A DNA stretch of 64,000 nucleotides from Thermodesulfobacteriota bacterium (lineage in GTDB: Bacteria > Desulfobacterota_D > UBA1144 > Nemesobacterales > UBA2774). Numbering within the stretch: position 1 is the stretch's first letter; every line of letters begins with the position of its first letter. This document shows, piece after piece, positions 30,898-40,488 of this stretch. The stretch spans positions 1,056,001 through 1,120,000 of the forward strand of contig OZ244991.1 of the NCBI GenBank assembly GCA_965223335.1. Direction: 5' to 3'. Under the pieces are notes generated by a model. It made no database searches. It was not told the origin of the DNA and saw only the letters and a list, made by a program, of their open reading frames with translations. Both the position numbers and the translations under genes were made by a program.

Positions 30898-32397
30898 ATG
30901 AGAGTCCGACCAATCATACATATCTTTTTAGTCCTGCTACTTCTAAGTAGCTGTGGTCGCACAAGCGATGACACCACTGTGGCTATAGGCTCCAAAAAAT
31001 TTACGGAATCCGTAATCCTGGCCGAGCTTCTAGCACAGCTTGTGGAATCCACAGGTGCCCGGGTCGATTTAAAAGCCGAGCTTGGGGGCACGCGTGTGCT
31101 CTGGAGTGCATTGGTCAGGGGCGATATAGATCTATACCCTGAGTACACCGGTACCATCACCAAAGAGATTTTGGCCGATGACTACATAGACAATACGATG
31201 GAACTTAGGAGAGAGCTATCCAAATTCGGGATTGGTATGAGTGAACCGCTCGGATTCAACAACACCTATGCCCTGGGTATGCAAAACGAGCTGGCTAAGA
31301 AATTGGGTATCGAGAATATCTCGGACCTGCGTAAACACCCAGATCTCAAATTGGGTTTTGGTAACGAGTTTATGGACAGGGCCGACGGGTGGGGGGAGCT
31401 TCGCACTGCCTATAACCTGCCCCATTCTGATGTGCGGGGGCTAGACCACGACCTTGCATACAGGGGGCTTGCTAGCGGGGCTATCGACGTCATCGATCTC
31501 TACTCGACCGATGCCGAGATCAATTACTACGACCTAAAGGTGCTTGGGGATGACTACAACTACTTTCCCCAATACGATGCTGTAATCCTCTATCGCGAAG
31601 ACCTGGTCCAACGCGCACCCGATGTTGTGAGCACGGTTTTGAGTCTTGAGGGTGTAATAACCCCCCAAGAGATGGTGCATATGAACGCTACCGCAAAGAT
31701 AGTCGGCGAGCCCGAGTCCCAGATCGCCATGAATTTCCTAAACCAAAAATTCTCATTGGAGTCAAAGGTTGGGAAAGAGTCCTTTCTAAGCAGACTCATT
31801 AAGAACACCAAACAACACCTTTTTCTGGTCGCCATATCCCTCGGCTCTGCCATACTCATATCCATCCCGCTCGGTGTACTGGCCTATCTACGCGAGGGTG
31901 TGGGCAAAGCCGTTTTAGCAATAGTGGGAGTGATCCAAACTATCCCCTCGCTGGCGCTCCTTGTGTTCATGATCCCGTTTTTCGGTATAGGTACGGTGCC
32001 TGCCATAGTCGCTCTTTTTCTCTACAGCCTGTTGCCAATTGTAAGGAACACCTATTCGGGTCTTATGAATATAAGCCCCGAGATAAAAGAATCCGTCCAA
32101 GCACTTGGGCTCAGCCGCTTCGCGATGCTTAGAATGATTGAGCTCCCTTTGGCCTCGCGCTCGATCCTTGCGGGTATAAAAACCTCGGCTGTGATAAACG
32201 TGGGCACGGCAACCCTGGGTGCCTTGATCGGTGCGGGGGGTTACGGCCAGCCCATACTGACCGGTATACGTCTCGACAACATCGGGTTAATATTAGAGGG
32301 AGCCGTGCCGGCCGCAGTCCTGGCACTCTTGGTCCAGGGCCTGTTCGACTTGCTCGAGCACGTGGTGGTTCCCCGAGGGCTTAGATTGAGCAATTAA
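30898..32397 (+). CDS. Fused substrate-binding lipoprotein and permease, betaine/QAT-type ABC transporter
   Basis: Lipobox LSSC; IGSKKFTE, YPEYTGT, NTYAL and YSTD; C-terminal QTIPSLAL and INVGTATLGALIGAGG permease motifs. Confidence 0.9.
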   Translation: MRVRPIIHIFLVLLLLSSCGRTSDDTTVAIGSKKFTESVILAELLAQLVESTGARVDLKAELGGTRVLWSALVRGDIDLYPEYTGTITKEILADDYIDNTMELRRELSKFGIGMSEPLGFNNTYALGMQNELAKKLGIENISDLRKHPDLKLGFGNEFMDRADGWGELRTAYNLPHSDVRGLDHDLAYRGLASGAIDVIDLYSTDAEINYYDLKVLGDDYNYFPQYDAVILYREDLVQRAPDVVSTVLSLEGVITPQEMVHMNATAKIVGEPESQIAMNFLNQKFSLESKVGKESFLSRLIKNTKQHLFLVAISLGSAILISIPLGVLAYLREGVGKAVLAIVGVIQTIPSLALLVFMIPFFGIGTVPAIVALFLYSLLPIVRNTYSGLMNISPEIKESVQALGLSRFAMLRMIELPLASRSILAGIKTSAVINVGTATLGALIGAGGYGQPILTGIRLDNIGLILEGAVPAAVLALLVQGLFDLLEHVVVPRGLRLSN

Positions 32398-32412
32398 GTT
32401 AGGAGGTAGATT

Positions 32413-32949
32413 ATGATACATGCGCTGGAAGGAAGGAAATTGGAGATACTGGGGGCAAGCTATTTTATTGCCGACAACGCAACTCTCATAGGTTCCGTCA
32501 TTATTCATAACGATGTGAGCATTTGGTTTAACGCTGTGATCCGCGGTGATCATGAGCCTATTACTATAGACGAGGGTACTAACATCCAGGACGGTGTCGT
32601 CATCCATACCGATGAGGGTATCCCTATGCGAGTAGGCAAGGGGGTTACGGTCGGGCATAACGCAATGCTCCACGGCTGTAATATAGGCGATAACAGCCTT
32701 GTGGGTATAGGGGCTGTGATTCTTAACAATGCACAAATCGGCGAGAATTGTATAGTGGGAGCGTGCAGCCTGGTTACACAAGGCCTCAAAATACCCGATA
32801 ATTCACTGGTGATGGGCTCGCCCGCCAAGGTTGTAAGAGAGCTTAGCGAACAAGAGATACAGGGCTTAAGAGAGTCGGCCGAGCACTACGTCGAAAACTA
32901 CAAACGCTACAAGAGGGGCCTTACACAGGATGATGTATATACTTACTAA
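32413..32949 (+). CDS. Gamma carbonic anhydrase family protein (YrdA-like)
   Basis: Hexapeptide repeats; IRGD, NIQDG..IH and VGHNAMLHG motifs. Confidence 0.92.
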   Translation: MIHALEGRKLEILGASYFIADNATLIGSVIIHNDVSIWFNAVIRGDHEPITIDEGTNIQDGVVIHTDEGIPMRVGKGVTVGHNAMLHGCNIGDNSLVGIGAVILNNAQIGENCIVGACSLVTQGLKIPDNSLVMGSPAKVVRELSEQEIQGLRESAEHYVENYKRYKRGLTQDDVYTY

Positions 32950-32958
32950 CTCAGTATG

Positions 32959-34578
32959 CTAAGAGCCGTAAAGTTCATCGGCGTACTCTTCGGCTTTGCC
33001 CTCATCGCCTGAAGTGGGCGAGATGTCTTTATAGAACGCAGGGCCGTACTCACGAGTTTTTACAACCACCGGCATGGGTACCGAGTGCCCCAGAATAAGC
33101 GCCTGCTGTTTAGTGTCTAGACTCGCCAGCACCGATCTCAGCCCCGATGTGTTACTAACCCCAGTCAGTACCGACTGTATATCCTTCTCGTCATTTAAGA
33201 GTGCTGTTATTCTGGTACCTATCTGCGAGATTACCTCGTCGTCTATTCCCGAGGGACGCTGGTCCACAATCATCATTGTCACAAAATACTTTCTAAGCTC
33301 CCTGGCTATGGTTCCAAAGATTGTTTGCTTTGCGGCTTGTGGGTTTAGGAACTTATGAGCTTCCTCTATGGTTATCATCAGCTGGCGGGGCCGGTCGGCC
33401 TCGTTGTCAGTGGCCTGGAATATCTCTGTTTTTTCTATGTAGTAGTCGTGAATCCTTCTCGACATTATATTGGCAACGAGCAGGTATGCCAGGGTGCTGC
33501 GGCACTTGCCGAACTCAAGCACTATGTGTATGCCGCGCTCTATATAATCCAGTATCTTTTTAATCGTCCCTTCACTCTGCACCGAGTCGTCCACAACAAA
33601 GGGCAGTGCCTGTATCCTATAAAGCTTTCTCCTAAGTGCTGCTAGCGATTGAAAGTTGGCCCCGATCTCTTTGGCCAGGTCGGGCAGGTCCTTCTCTTCC
33701 CACGACAGTAGCTCGCTTAGCCAGCGGTCTTGGAACTTGCGATAGATCGCAAAGGCCGATTCAATAGCGGTGTTGTTTAGCTGTAGCTCGTCCTGGAGCA
33801 GTGCTATGTCCTCGATGTCTATCTGGTCGAGTGATATAAATGCCTCTACATCCAGCTTGGCACGCCGCCGCCGTGTGGATTCGGGGTCCAGTGAAAATAT
33901 GGCGACCTTCTCGGGGAATAGTTGTTTTAGTCCCTTCACATGCTCCGACGAGTCCTCGCTGGTTGAGCTCCAGCCATACTCGTTATGCATATCGAATATC
34001 AGGTTAACTGCCTTATCGTATCTTATGATCCCAGCCAGCATTACCCGGGTTAAGAATGTTTTACCTGTACCGCTCTTGCCGAATATGCCGTTACTACGCT
34101 CCACAAACCTATCCAGGTTTATACACACCGGTATATCCATATCCAGTGGCGAGCCTACGTGGAAGTGCTTACCCTGCTTGTCCTCGCGCCCAAACACGGT
34201 ACTTACCTCGTTTTCGTTGGCCTCGGTGACCGAGGCGAAATGGGCGGGGATGGTCTTTACCGGGCGTAGCTCCTGATCGCTTTTGCTAAGCATCAACATT
34301 GGGCGAAGCTCCACCGTCGCATAAGTGCTAGTGCCCGAGAGTACTTTACGTAGCAGCTCGTCTTCTTTTTCAGGGGGGTTTACGAGTATATTGGGGGTAG
34401 AGGCCTCGAGCCTAACATCTGTGATAAGCGAGAAAAACTGGTTGTACTCCCCCGAGATCACTACGAATTTCCCGGCCTTTACCTCCTCTATGCTGCGTGC
34501 GGGGCTAAGCTTCATCTCAAGCCCCTCTACAAGTGACCCGCTGGTTATAAGGCCGAGCTCTTTTGATTCCGTATCCAT
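32959..34578 (-). CDS. herA: HerA-family ATPase (HAS barrel and DUF87)
   Basis: N-terminal HAS-barrel-like region; FGKSGTGKT, IFDMHNEY, IEEAHKF, IARELRK and DQRPS motifs. Confidence 0.85.
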   Translation of the reverse strand: MDTESKELGLITSGSLVEGLEMKLSPARSIEEVKAGKFVVISGEYNQFFSLITDVRLEASTPNILVNPPEKEDELLRKVLSGTSTYATVELRPMLMLSKSDQELRPVKTIPAHFASVTEANENEVSTVFGREDKQGKHFHVGSPLDMDIPVCINLDRFVERSNGIFGKSGTGKTFLTRVMLAGIIRYDKAVNLIFDMHNEYGWSSTSEDSSEHVKGLKQLFPEKVAIFSLDPESTRRRRAKLDVEAFISLDQIDIEDIALLQDELQLNNTAIESAFAIYRKFQDRWLSELLSWEEKDLPDLAKEIGANFQSLAALRRKLYRIQALPFVVDDSVQSEGTIKKILDYIERGIHIVLEFGKCRSTLAYLLVANIMSRRIHDYYIEKTEIFQATDNEADRPRQLMITIEEAHKFLNPQAAKQTIFGTIARELRKYFVTMMIVDQRPSGIDDEVISQIGTRITALLNDEKDIQSVLTGVSNTSGLRSVLASLDTKQQALILGHSVPMPVVVKTREYGPAFYKDISPTSGDEGKAEEYADELYGS

Positions 34579-34701
34579 TTCTCTAGAGAGAATATCAAAG
34601 TAAGCGGGTGAGTGCAAGACGACTGTGAAACTAGAATCAGAGGGCTCTGGATTGATTTTGCCGTACCTTATGCTAAAGTAGAAATCTGTAATTCTTCGAG
34701 T

Positions 34702-34779
34702 GGCCCCTTCGTCTAGCCTGGCCTAGGACGTAGCCCTCTCAAGGCTAAAACACGGGTTCAAATCCCGTAGGGGCTACCA
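34702..34779 (+). tRNA. tRNA-Glu(CTC)
   Basis: Acceptor stem GGCCCCT/AGGGGCT; anticodon arm TAGCC-CTCTCAA-GGCTA; T-arm ACGGG-TTCAAAT-CCCGT; encoded CCA. Confidence 0.97.
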
Positions 34780-34956
34780 GATTCTTAATTTTTCTCTCCC
34801 TATCATAATATGTGAAGTACGTTCATTCTTAGTGATATTTAACACACGTATTTTATTAATAGTGCAATAATATATTTTATGTTGTAGTTAATCTATCATA
34901 AGCTACAATTAATTAACGCTATCCATTACGTGAACTTAATTCAGGGGGGAGTTCAA

Positions 34957-35811
34957 ATGAAAAGAATAAATATCCTGCATACATCATTAATAATGTTGCT
35001 TTTGGTTATTTCTTCGTGCAATAACAACAGTAACGTAGCATTGTTCCCAGAGATAGCAGATATTGCGACATTTCATGGAAATCTGCAAAGTAACATTATT
35101 GTAATACATTCTCAAGGTGGACCTATTACAACTCTTGAAGATGGATTTTTAAAGGAGATTATTTCTGAAACAGATACTCAATCAGCATTGTACGTTAATG
35201 TTCATCAGGCACAAACTAGTGATCCAAGCACATTTACAAACTCTAAAATTACGTTTAATCAGGCAAAACAATATGATCAAGACAGCGTAGAAAATCTTGT
35301 AACTGTAATAGAATATTTTACAGATGGACCTGATAATGTTGTTTACGTTCTTGGCATATCATTTGGAGCATTTATGACTCAAGAATTAATAGCCACTCAT
35401 GGTATAGACGTTGCCGATGGTTACTTAATCTTAGGTGGCAGATTGGATATTGATGAAGCTACGTGGATACCATTTAGCCAAGGAAAACTTACAAAGTATA
35501 TTTATGATCAAAATAAAAGTTACGTAATTCAAGTCTTGGAAAATGATAACATAGAAGGAGAAAATATGAGTAAGTTAGCGGCTGGACTTGGATACCATCG
35601 TTATACTATGGAATTGGCCGGCATTAATGATCTTTCTAAAATAACCTATGTATATGGGGATAGGGACGATCAGGTTGGGCCACTTTCACAAGCTGAACAG
35701 GATTTTTTAACCGATAGGGACGCAACTGTAATTCTTGCTGAAGACGGAGATCATGATTCAACTATTGGCATAGGATTGACTGTACTAAAACAGGTATTTA
35801 ATATTCCTTAA
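34957..35811 (+). CDS. Alpha/beta-hydrolase lipoprotein
   Basis: Lipobox ISSC, oxyanion QGGP, nucleophile GISFG, Asp in GDRDD and His in GDH. Confidence 0.75.
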   Translation: MKRINILHTSLIMLLLVISSCNNNSNVALFPEIADIATFHGNLQSNIIVIHSQGGPITTLEDGFLKEIISETDTQSALYVNVHQAQTSDPSTFTNSKITFNQAKQYDQDSVENLVTVIEYFTDGPDNVVYVLGISFGAFMTQELIATHGIDVADGYLILGGRLDIDEATWIPFSQGKLTKYIYDQNKSYVIQVLENDNIEGENMSKLAAGLGYHRYTMELAGINDLSKITYVYGDRDDQVGPLSQAEQDFLTDRDATVILAEDGDHDSTIGIGLTVLKQVFNIP

Positions 35812-35851
35812 TTATATATTTCTTGGATTTTTCTGTGTAATTATTACGCCT

Positions 35852-35892
35852 AGGCTGAAACACGGGTTCACATGCCCTCGGTATTATTAGAT
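35852..35892 (+). repeat. Degenerate direct repeat of the tRNA-Glu 3' half (att-like scar)
   Basis: AGGCTGAAACACGGGTTCA matches 34742-34760 at 18/19; 31/41 ungapped over 34742-34782. Confidence 0.8.
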
Positions 35893-36001
35893 CTTCTAGC
35901 ACCCATATCGAATCTTTTTTGCAAACAACCATTCTTAATTTATATATGGAGAGTGGTTATTATGATATATATCTATATATAGAAGAAGAGGGGGTGTAAA
36001 T

Positions 36002-36433
36002 GTGAAACGTTTAGTGACGATAACAATATTGTTTTTAATCTTTGCAGGTATTAGCAGTCTGGCGGGAGAGCAGGGCAAGGACTTCAAGGTTGACGTAATC
36101 TTGGATTCTACAACAACGCTTGGTGACAGTCCCATAGTCCTTCCGCAAGGCGAGAATGTTAAAATCGAGAGCCATTTGGTTGAAATTAAACCCGGGGCCG
36201 AGATTGGGCGCCATAAGCATCCGTACCCTGTCTATATGTATGTTTTAGAAGGAACGCTTTTGGTTGTGTTTGACGACGGCACGGAACAAACATACAAGTC
36301 CGGTGAAGCATTTATTGAAGGTGCTGACACATGGGTAAATAACAAGAACGCGGGCAGCGAGACGGTAAAGTTTTTGGCGGTTCTACCTGGATTCAAAGAT
36401 GCTCCTGTGGTGGTAATGCCAGAAAACGATTAG
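36002..36433 (+). CDS. Secreted cupin domain protein
   Basis: Signal peptide; PGAEIGRHKHP..YVLEG and GEAFIE motifs. Confidence 0.85.
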   Translation: MKRLVTITILFLIFAGISSLAGEQGKDFKVDVILDSTTTLGDSPIVLPQGENVKIESHLVEIKPGAEIGRHKHPYPVYMYVLEGTLLVVFDDGTEQTYKSGEAFIEGADTWVNNKNAGSETVKFLAVLPGFKDAPVVVMPEND

Positions 36434-36505
36434 AGGGACTCGTTCTTAGCCGGTTTGATTTTTTATTGGTATAATATATATGTAGTAACGGGGAGGGGGT
36501 TGTCT

Positions 36506-37339
36506 ATGTATATATATAGATACTTATTGATACTAGCAGTTTTTGGTTTTGTGTCAGCTTTTCCATTCTTGGCCTATTCAAAAGAGATCCCGTTTCATTA
36601 TACATATACCAACGATGTTAATGGTAAAAGTGTAAAAGGACTTGGCGAGCAACTGCTTGTGTGTTCGGGGCCCTTTGGTAGGAGGTCCAAAGTCAAAGAG
36701 GTTTCCCCGGCGCTGGATCATAAAGATATCAAGTTTTATTCTGCCGAAGTTACTATCTTTTCGCCATATGGTAAATGGCGTTGCTGTACCTATACCACAG
36801 ACGGTAGGGCTGTTGCAGACTTGGGGTGCCCATCTACTACAGGGGAATTCCTGCTTAATCTTACCGATTTCCACTTATATAAAGACGACAAAAAAGTAGA
36901 TGTTACTCTGTATTTGGCTGGACTACACATAGAAAAAGACTCAGACGAGATACCTGAAAATAATGATAGGCAAGTATCCACACATGCCACGCTCGGTGAT
37001 GACAATAATACGCCTAAACGCGACCGCGATACTTGGACAATTCAATCACCCGGGCCGGACGATCTATTAATTACACTCGAAGAGGACCCTGAATCCGGGC
37101 ATATAGGTGAAGAGGCTACGCTCATTCTAAGAAGCGGGAGTACCAAAATAGAGTCCCAAACCGGTGTGCTGCCCATTGAACTCGCAGCTACATTACCCGG
37201 AGCTGGGGAGTATGATATTGTGGTAGAACACCACAATATTCCCAATGAACTTAAGTACAGGGGCAACTATATACTTACTATAGAATCGGCTTCCGGTGAC
37301 ATCCAAGTGATAATCCCATCTACCGATGCCGAACAATAA
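36506..37339 (+). CDS. Secreted hypothetical protein with a C-terminal beta-sandwich (PPC-like) domain
   Basis: Signal peptide after a GGAGG RBS; DRDTW...LPGAGEYDIVVE...GNYILTI resembles pre-peptidase C-terminal-type modules. Confidence 0.6.
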   Translation: MYIYRYLLILAVFGFVSAFPFLAYSKEIPFHYTYTNDVNGKSVKGLGEQLLVCSGPFGRRSKVKEVSPALDHKDIKFYSAEVTIFSPYGKWRCCTYTTDGRAVADLGCPSTTGEFLLNLTDFHLYKDDKKVDVTLYLAGLHIEKDSDEIPENNDRQVSTHATLGDDNNTPKRDRDTWTIQSPGPDDLLITLEEDPESGHIGEEATLILRSGSTKIESQTGVLPIELAATLPGAGEYDIVVEHHNIPNELKYRGNYILTIESASGDIQVIIPSTDAEQ

Positions 37340-37805
37340 AGGGAAATAATAATTATTCTTAAGGGTAGTAGTACAGTCTTTGCCGGCGTTTTGATATCGT
37401 TTGATAACGAAATCGCTAAAATCGAATCAGATGATTTACCAACAGGTGAGGAAATAATTATTAATATCCCAGTCTGTTCAATCAGCGCCGTCGCAACAAC
37501 CGAGTAACCACCATATGAAATTGTGATTATTATCTATCTTCTTGATATATCACTCCTCTGTTTACAGCTAAATAACTTTCAGTTCGATGATATTGGAAAA
37601 ATCGGCGAGCACAAGGACGTACTCGAAGCAATCCTCGAAACCTCGGTGAACAACAATACGATGTTTGAACAGATTTAATTCCATAGATAAAACAATAACT
37701 TCGAATTTGTTTATAGTGAGAAAATTATTTGTTAAGTTTAGAGTTAGAACTGAAAACCTACAACATTTACGTTTACTAATAATTAACATATCCCTATTGC
37801 AATTA

Positions 37806-37838
37806 AGAATAATGTAGTAATAATAACTACATTATTCT
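37806..37838. promoter_or_regulatory. Perfect 13-bp inverted repeat (putative operator) upstream of the methyltransferase gene
   Basis: AGAATAATGTAGT-aataata-ACTACATTATTCT, ending 13 nt before the ATG at 37852; TTGCAA (-35-like) at 37797. Confidence 0.72.
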
Positions 37839-37851
37839 ATTAGGGGCATAT

Positions 37852-40488
37852 ATGGGATATTCGATTCATTTCTCTGCAGAAAATGAGCCAGATGGAAAAA
37901 GAAAAGTTTTACGTCTTCAGCTTGGAAAGAAACATAAAGACTTAGAAAGAGTTATTAAAAATACTTCTAGTGAAGACCTAAGACGAATAATAACATTCAC
38001 TAACTATCAACACCTTAAGAATGAAGCCAGCAACCAAAGAATAAGTCTAAATGCTTTAGCAATCAAACTAATCCGTGAACAAATATCAAACCAAGAATGT
38101 AGACTTTTTGATGGTTTAGAAGGAACTTATAGGGGCAACACAAGCGATTTTTTTCATCATCTATTTCCTTATTTAGAAGCTTTCTCACCAAAGTTTGTTT
38201 CTGGAATACATACTACTTATGCACCAAATGCCAAAACCCTTCTCGACCCATTTGGAGGTCTAGGAACTGCCCCATTTCAATTTTGCATGGAGGGGAACAA
38301 AGCTTATTATTGTGAGATTAACCCATTAATGCAACATATAGCACAGCTTAAAAGTAATTTGAGAAGAACAAGTAAAGAACATAGAGAGAAACAGATTCCT
38401 CAGATAGAGGAGCTAACTTATAATTTAGAGAAAAATATAGGTGACTATTTCCCTGATGAAGATTTAAGGAATAGTTATCATAAGTGTTTCAGTAAATCCG
38501 AATTTTTTACAAAAAGGACATTTGACCAAGTGCTAAGGATAAGAAGTATACTAGACAAGATCTATTGTCAAAATGATTTCCTAGCAATCTGCTTGGAGCT
38601 ATCCATTATAGCTTCTCTTATCCCGGCCTCAAATATGCAAAGAGCAGGGGATTTAAGAAGGAAGAGAACAAAGGAACGTAAAAAATATTCTGAGAATCTT
38701 ATTCACCATATCATAGTGCAATTAGAATATTTCAAAAGGGGATTACTTACCTTTGATGTTGACAACAATCAGCCACTATTGCTTACAGATGATGCTAGAA
38801 CGCTAGAATCAATCCCATCTATAAATGCTGACCTTATTATCACATCACCACCTTACCTTAATGGTACAAATTATTTTAGAAACACCAAAATTGAACTCTG
38901 GTTCATACGTGTGTTAAAAACCAAAGCAGATTTGGGTAAACTCAGAGATAAAGCTATTGCATCAGGGATTTGTGATGTAAGAGGGGTACGTTCCACAAGT
39001 AATCCAGACACAAAATTTAATTCATTAGAAGAAAGTTTAGTTGATTTGGATGAATGTGCTTATGACCGAAGAATACCTCAGATGATACGTTGGTATGGAT
39101 ATGAACTTTCAATCTCACTCGATGGGTCTATCAAACATTTAAAGAACAACGGTGTTATAGCAGTAGATATTGGTGATTCTATATATTGTAACGTTAAAGT
39201 ACCAACAGATTTGCTTGTGAAAGAAATACTAGAGAATAATAACTGTAAGATAATTGATACTTTAACAGTAAGAAAGAGAAAATCACGAGGAGGGCAAGAA
39301 GTTAAACAAGTTTGCTTTATAGCTAAAAAAGTAACAGAGAATAGACCACTTAGGACGATTAAAAATACCGAGCTTTTTCGAAACAAATGGGAATCATTTA
39401 AAAATAATTTACCACACATGCACAAGCCCTTCTCTAGTAGGAATTGGGGGCATCCAAATCATTCACTATGTAGCTACCAGGGCAAACTAAAGCCTTCGAT
39501 TGCAAAGTTTCTTGTTGACACGTTTGTGCCAGATGCAGGTAAGATTTTGGACCCTTTCTCCGGAGTAGGAACAATACCATTTGAAGCAGCATTGTCAGGT
39601 AAAAAATCGTATGGATTTGACATAAACCCATCCGCCGTTGCTATCAGTAAAGCAAAGGTAAACAAACCAGATGTAAAAAGAGTTATGTCAACAATTGTTA
39701 AGCTAGACAACTTTATAAAAGAAAATAAGAATCAAGTAAATACCAAGGTTTGGCTCCCGAGCTTCAATAAAGCACTTAAAGATTATTATCACCCAGAAAC
39801 ACTTAAGGAAATTCTATGTGCTAGAGAGTGGTTATTAAAACATAGACCATGGGATACCACTATATCACTGATAGTTTCTAGTGTAATGCATGTACTACAT
39901 GGAAATAGGCCATATGCTCTAAGCAGACGCTCTCATCCTGTAACTCCCTTTGCGCCTACCGGCGAATTTGAATATAAATCTTTAATAGAAAAAACTATCC
40001 AGAAAGTTGAAAAAAGTTTGTTTGAATCATTGCCTGAGAATTTTCAAGTTGGAGACATTTTTTTTCAAGATGCTACAGATACATGGCCACAAGAGATTAA
40101 CGATTTAGATGCAATAATCACATCTCCTCCATTTTTCGACTCTACTAGATTTTATCTAGCTAACTGGATCAGACTTTGGTTTTCCGGCTGGGATCAGAAA
40201 GACTTCATCCATGAGCAAAAAAGATTTGTTGATGAAAAACAAAAAAAGTCTTTTAAATGCTATGAACCAATAATTAGACAGTCCAAAGAAAGAATGAAGC
40301 AAGACGGCGTTTTAGTCTTCCATCTAGGGAAAAGCAAGAAATGTAATATGGCAGAAAAAATATTTGAACTTTCTAAACCATGGTTCGAAAAATACGAAAT
40401 TTTTAATGAATCTGTATCACACTGTGAGTCACATGGAATTAGCGATAAAGGTACTGTAACTGAACATCAATATTTACTTCTATACTGA
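37852..40488 (+). CDS. Fused double amino-DNA methyltransferase (two SPP(Y/F) domains, likely m4C) with a putative N-terminal RHH domain
   Basis: Domain 1: LDPFGGLGT...ITSPPY. Domain 2: LDPFSGVGT...ITSPPF. Each is preceded by an H-x-L-x-x-Y segment. N-terminal YQHLKNEASNQRISLNALAIKLIREQI. Confidence 0.85.
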   Translation: MGYSIHFSAENEPDGKRKVLRLQLGKKHKDLERVIKNTSSEDLRRIITFTNYQHLKNEASNQRISLNALAIKLIREQISNQECRLFDGLEGTYRGNTSDFFHHLFPYLEAFSPKFVSGIHTTYAPNAKTLLDPFGGLGTAPFQFCMEGNKAYYCEINPLMQHIAQLKSNLRRTSKEHREKQIPQIEELTYNLEKNIGDYFPDEDLRNSYHKCFSKSEFFTKRTFDQVLRIRSILDKIYCQNDFLAICLELSIIASLIPASNMQRAGDLRRKRTKERKKYSENLIHHIIVQLEYFKRGLLTFDVDNNQPLLLTDDARTLESIPSINADLIITSPPYLNGTNYFRNTKIELWFIRVLKTKADLGKLRDKAIASGICDVRGVRSTSNPDTKFNSLEESLVDLDECAYDRRIPQMIRWYGYELSISLDGSIKHLKNNGVIAVDIGDSIYCNVKVPTDLLVKEILENNNCKIIDTLTVRKRKSRGGQEVKQVCFIAKKVTENRPLRTIKNTELFRNKWESFKNNLPHMHKPFSSRNWGHPNHSLCSYQGKLKPSIAKFLVDTFVPDAGKILDPFSGVGTIPFEAALSGKKSYGFDINPSAVAISKAKVNKPDVKRVMSTIVKLDNFIKENKNQVNTKVWLPSFNKALKDYYHPETLKEILCAREWLLKHRPWDTTISLIVSSVMHVLHGNRPYALSRRSHPVTPFAPTGEFEYKSLIEKTIQKVEKSLFESLPENFQVGDIFFQDATDTWPQEINDLDAIITSPPFFDSTRFYLANWIRLWFSGWDQKDFIHEQKRFVDEKQKKSFKCYEPIIRQSKERMKQDGVLVFHLGKSKKCNMAEKIFELSKPWFEKYEIFNESVSHCESHGISDKGTVTEHQYLLLY

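Noticed and set aside
35852..35892. A second functional tRNA
   Set aside because: No 5' half, broken T-stem and no CCA; treated as an att-like scar.
37510..37790. Short frames between the secreted gene and the MTase (73-aa minus ORF; plus-strand LNNFQFDDIGKIGEHK... fragment)
   Set aside because: No convincing start, RBS or recognisable motif; may be gene debris but cannot be supported.
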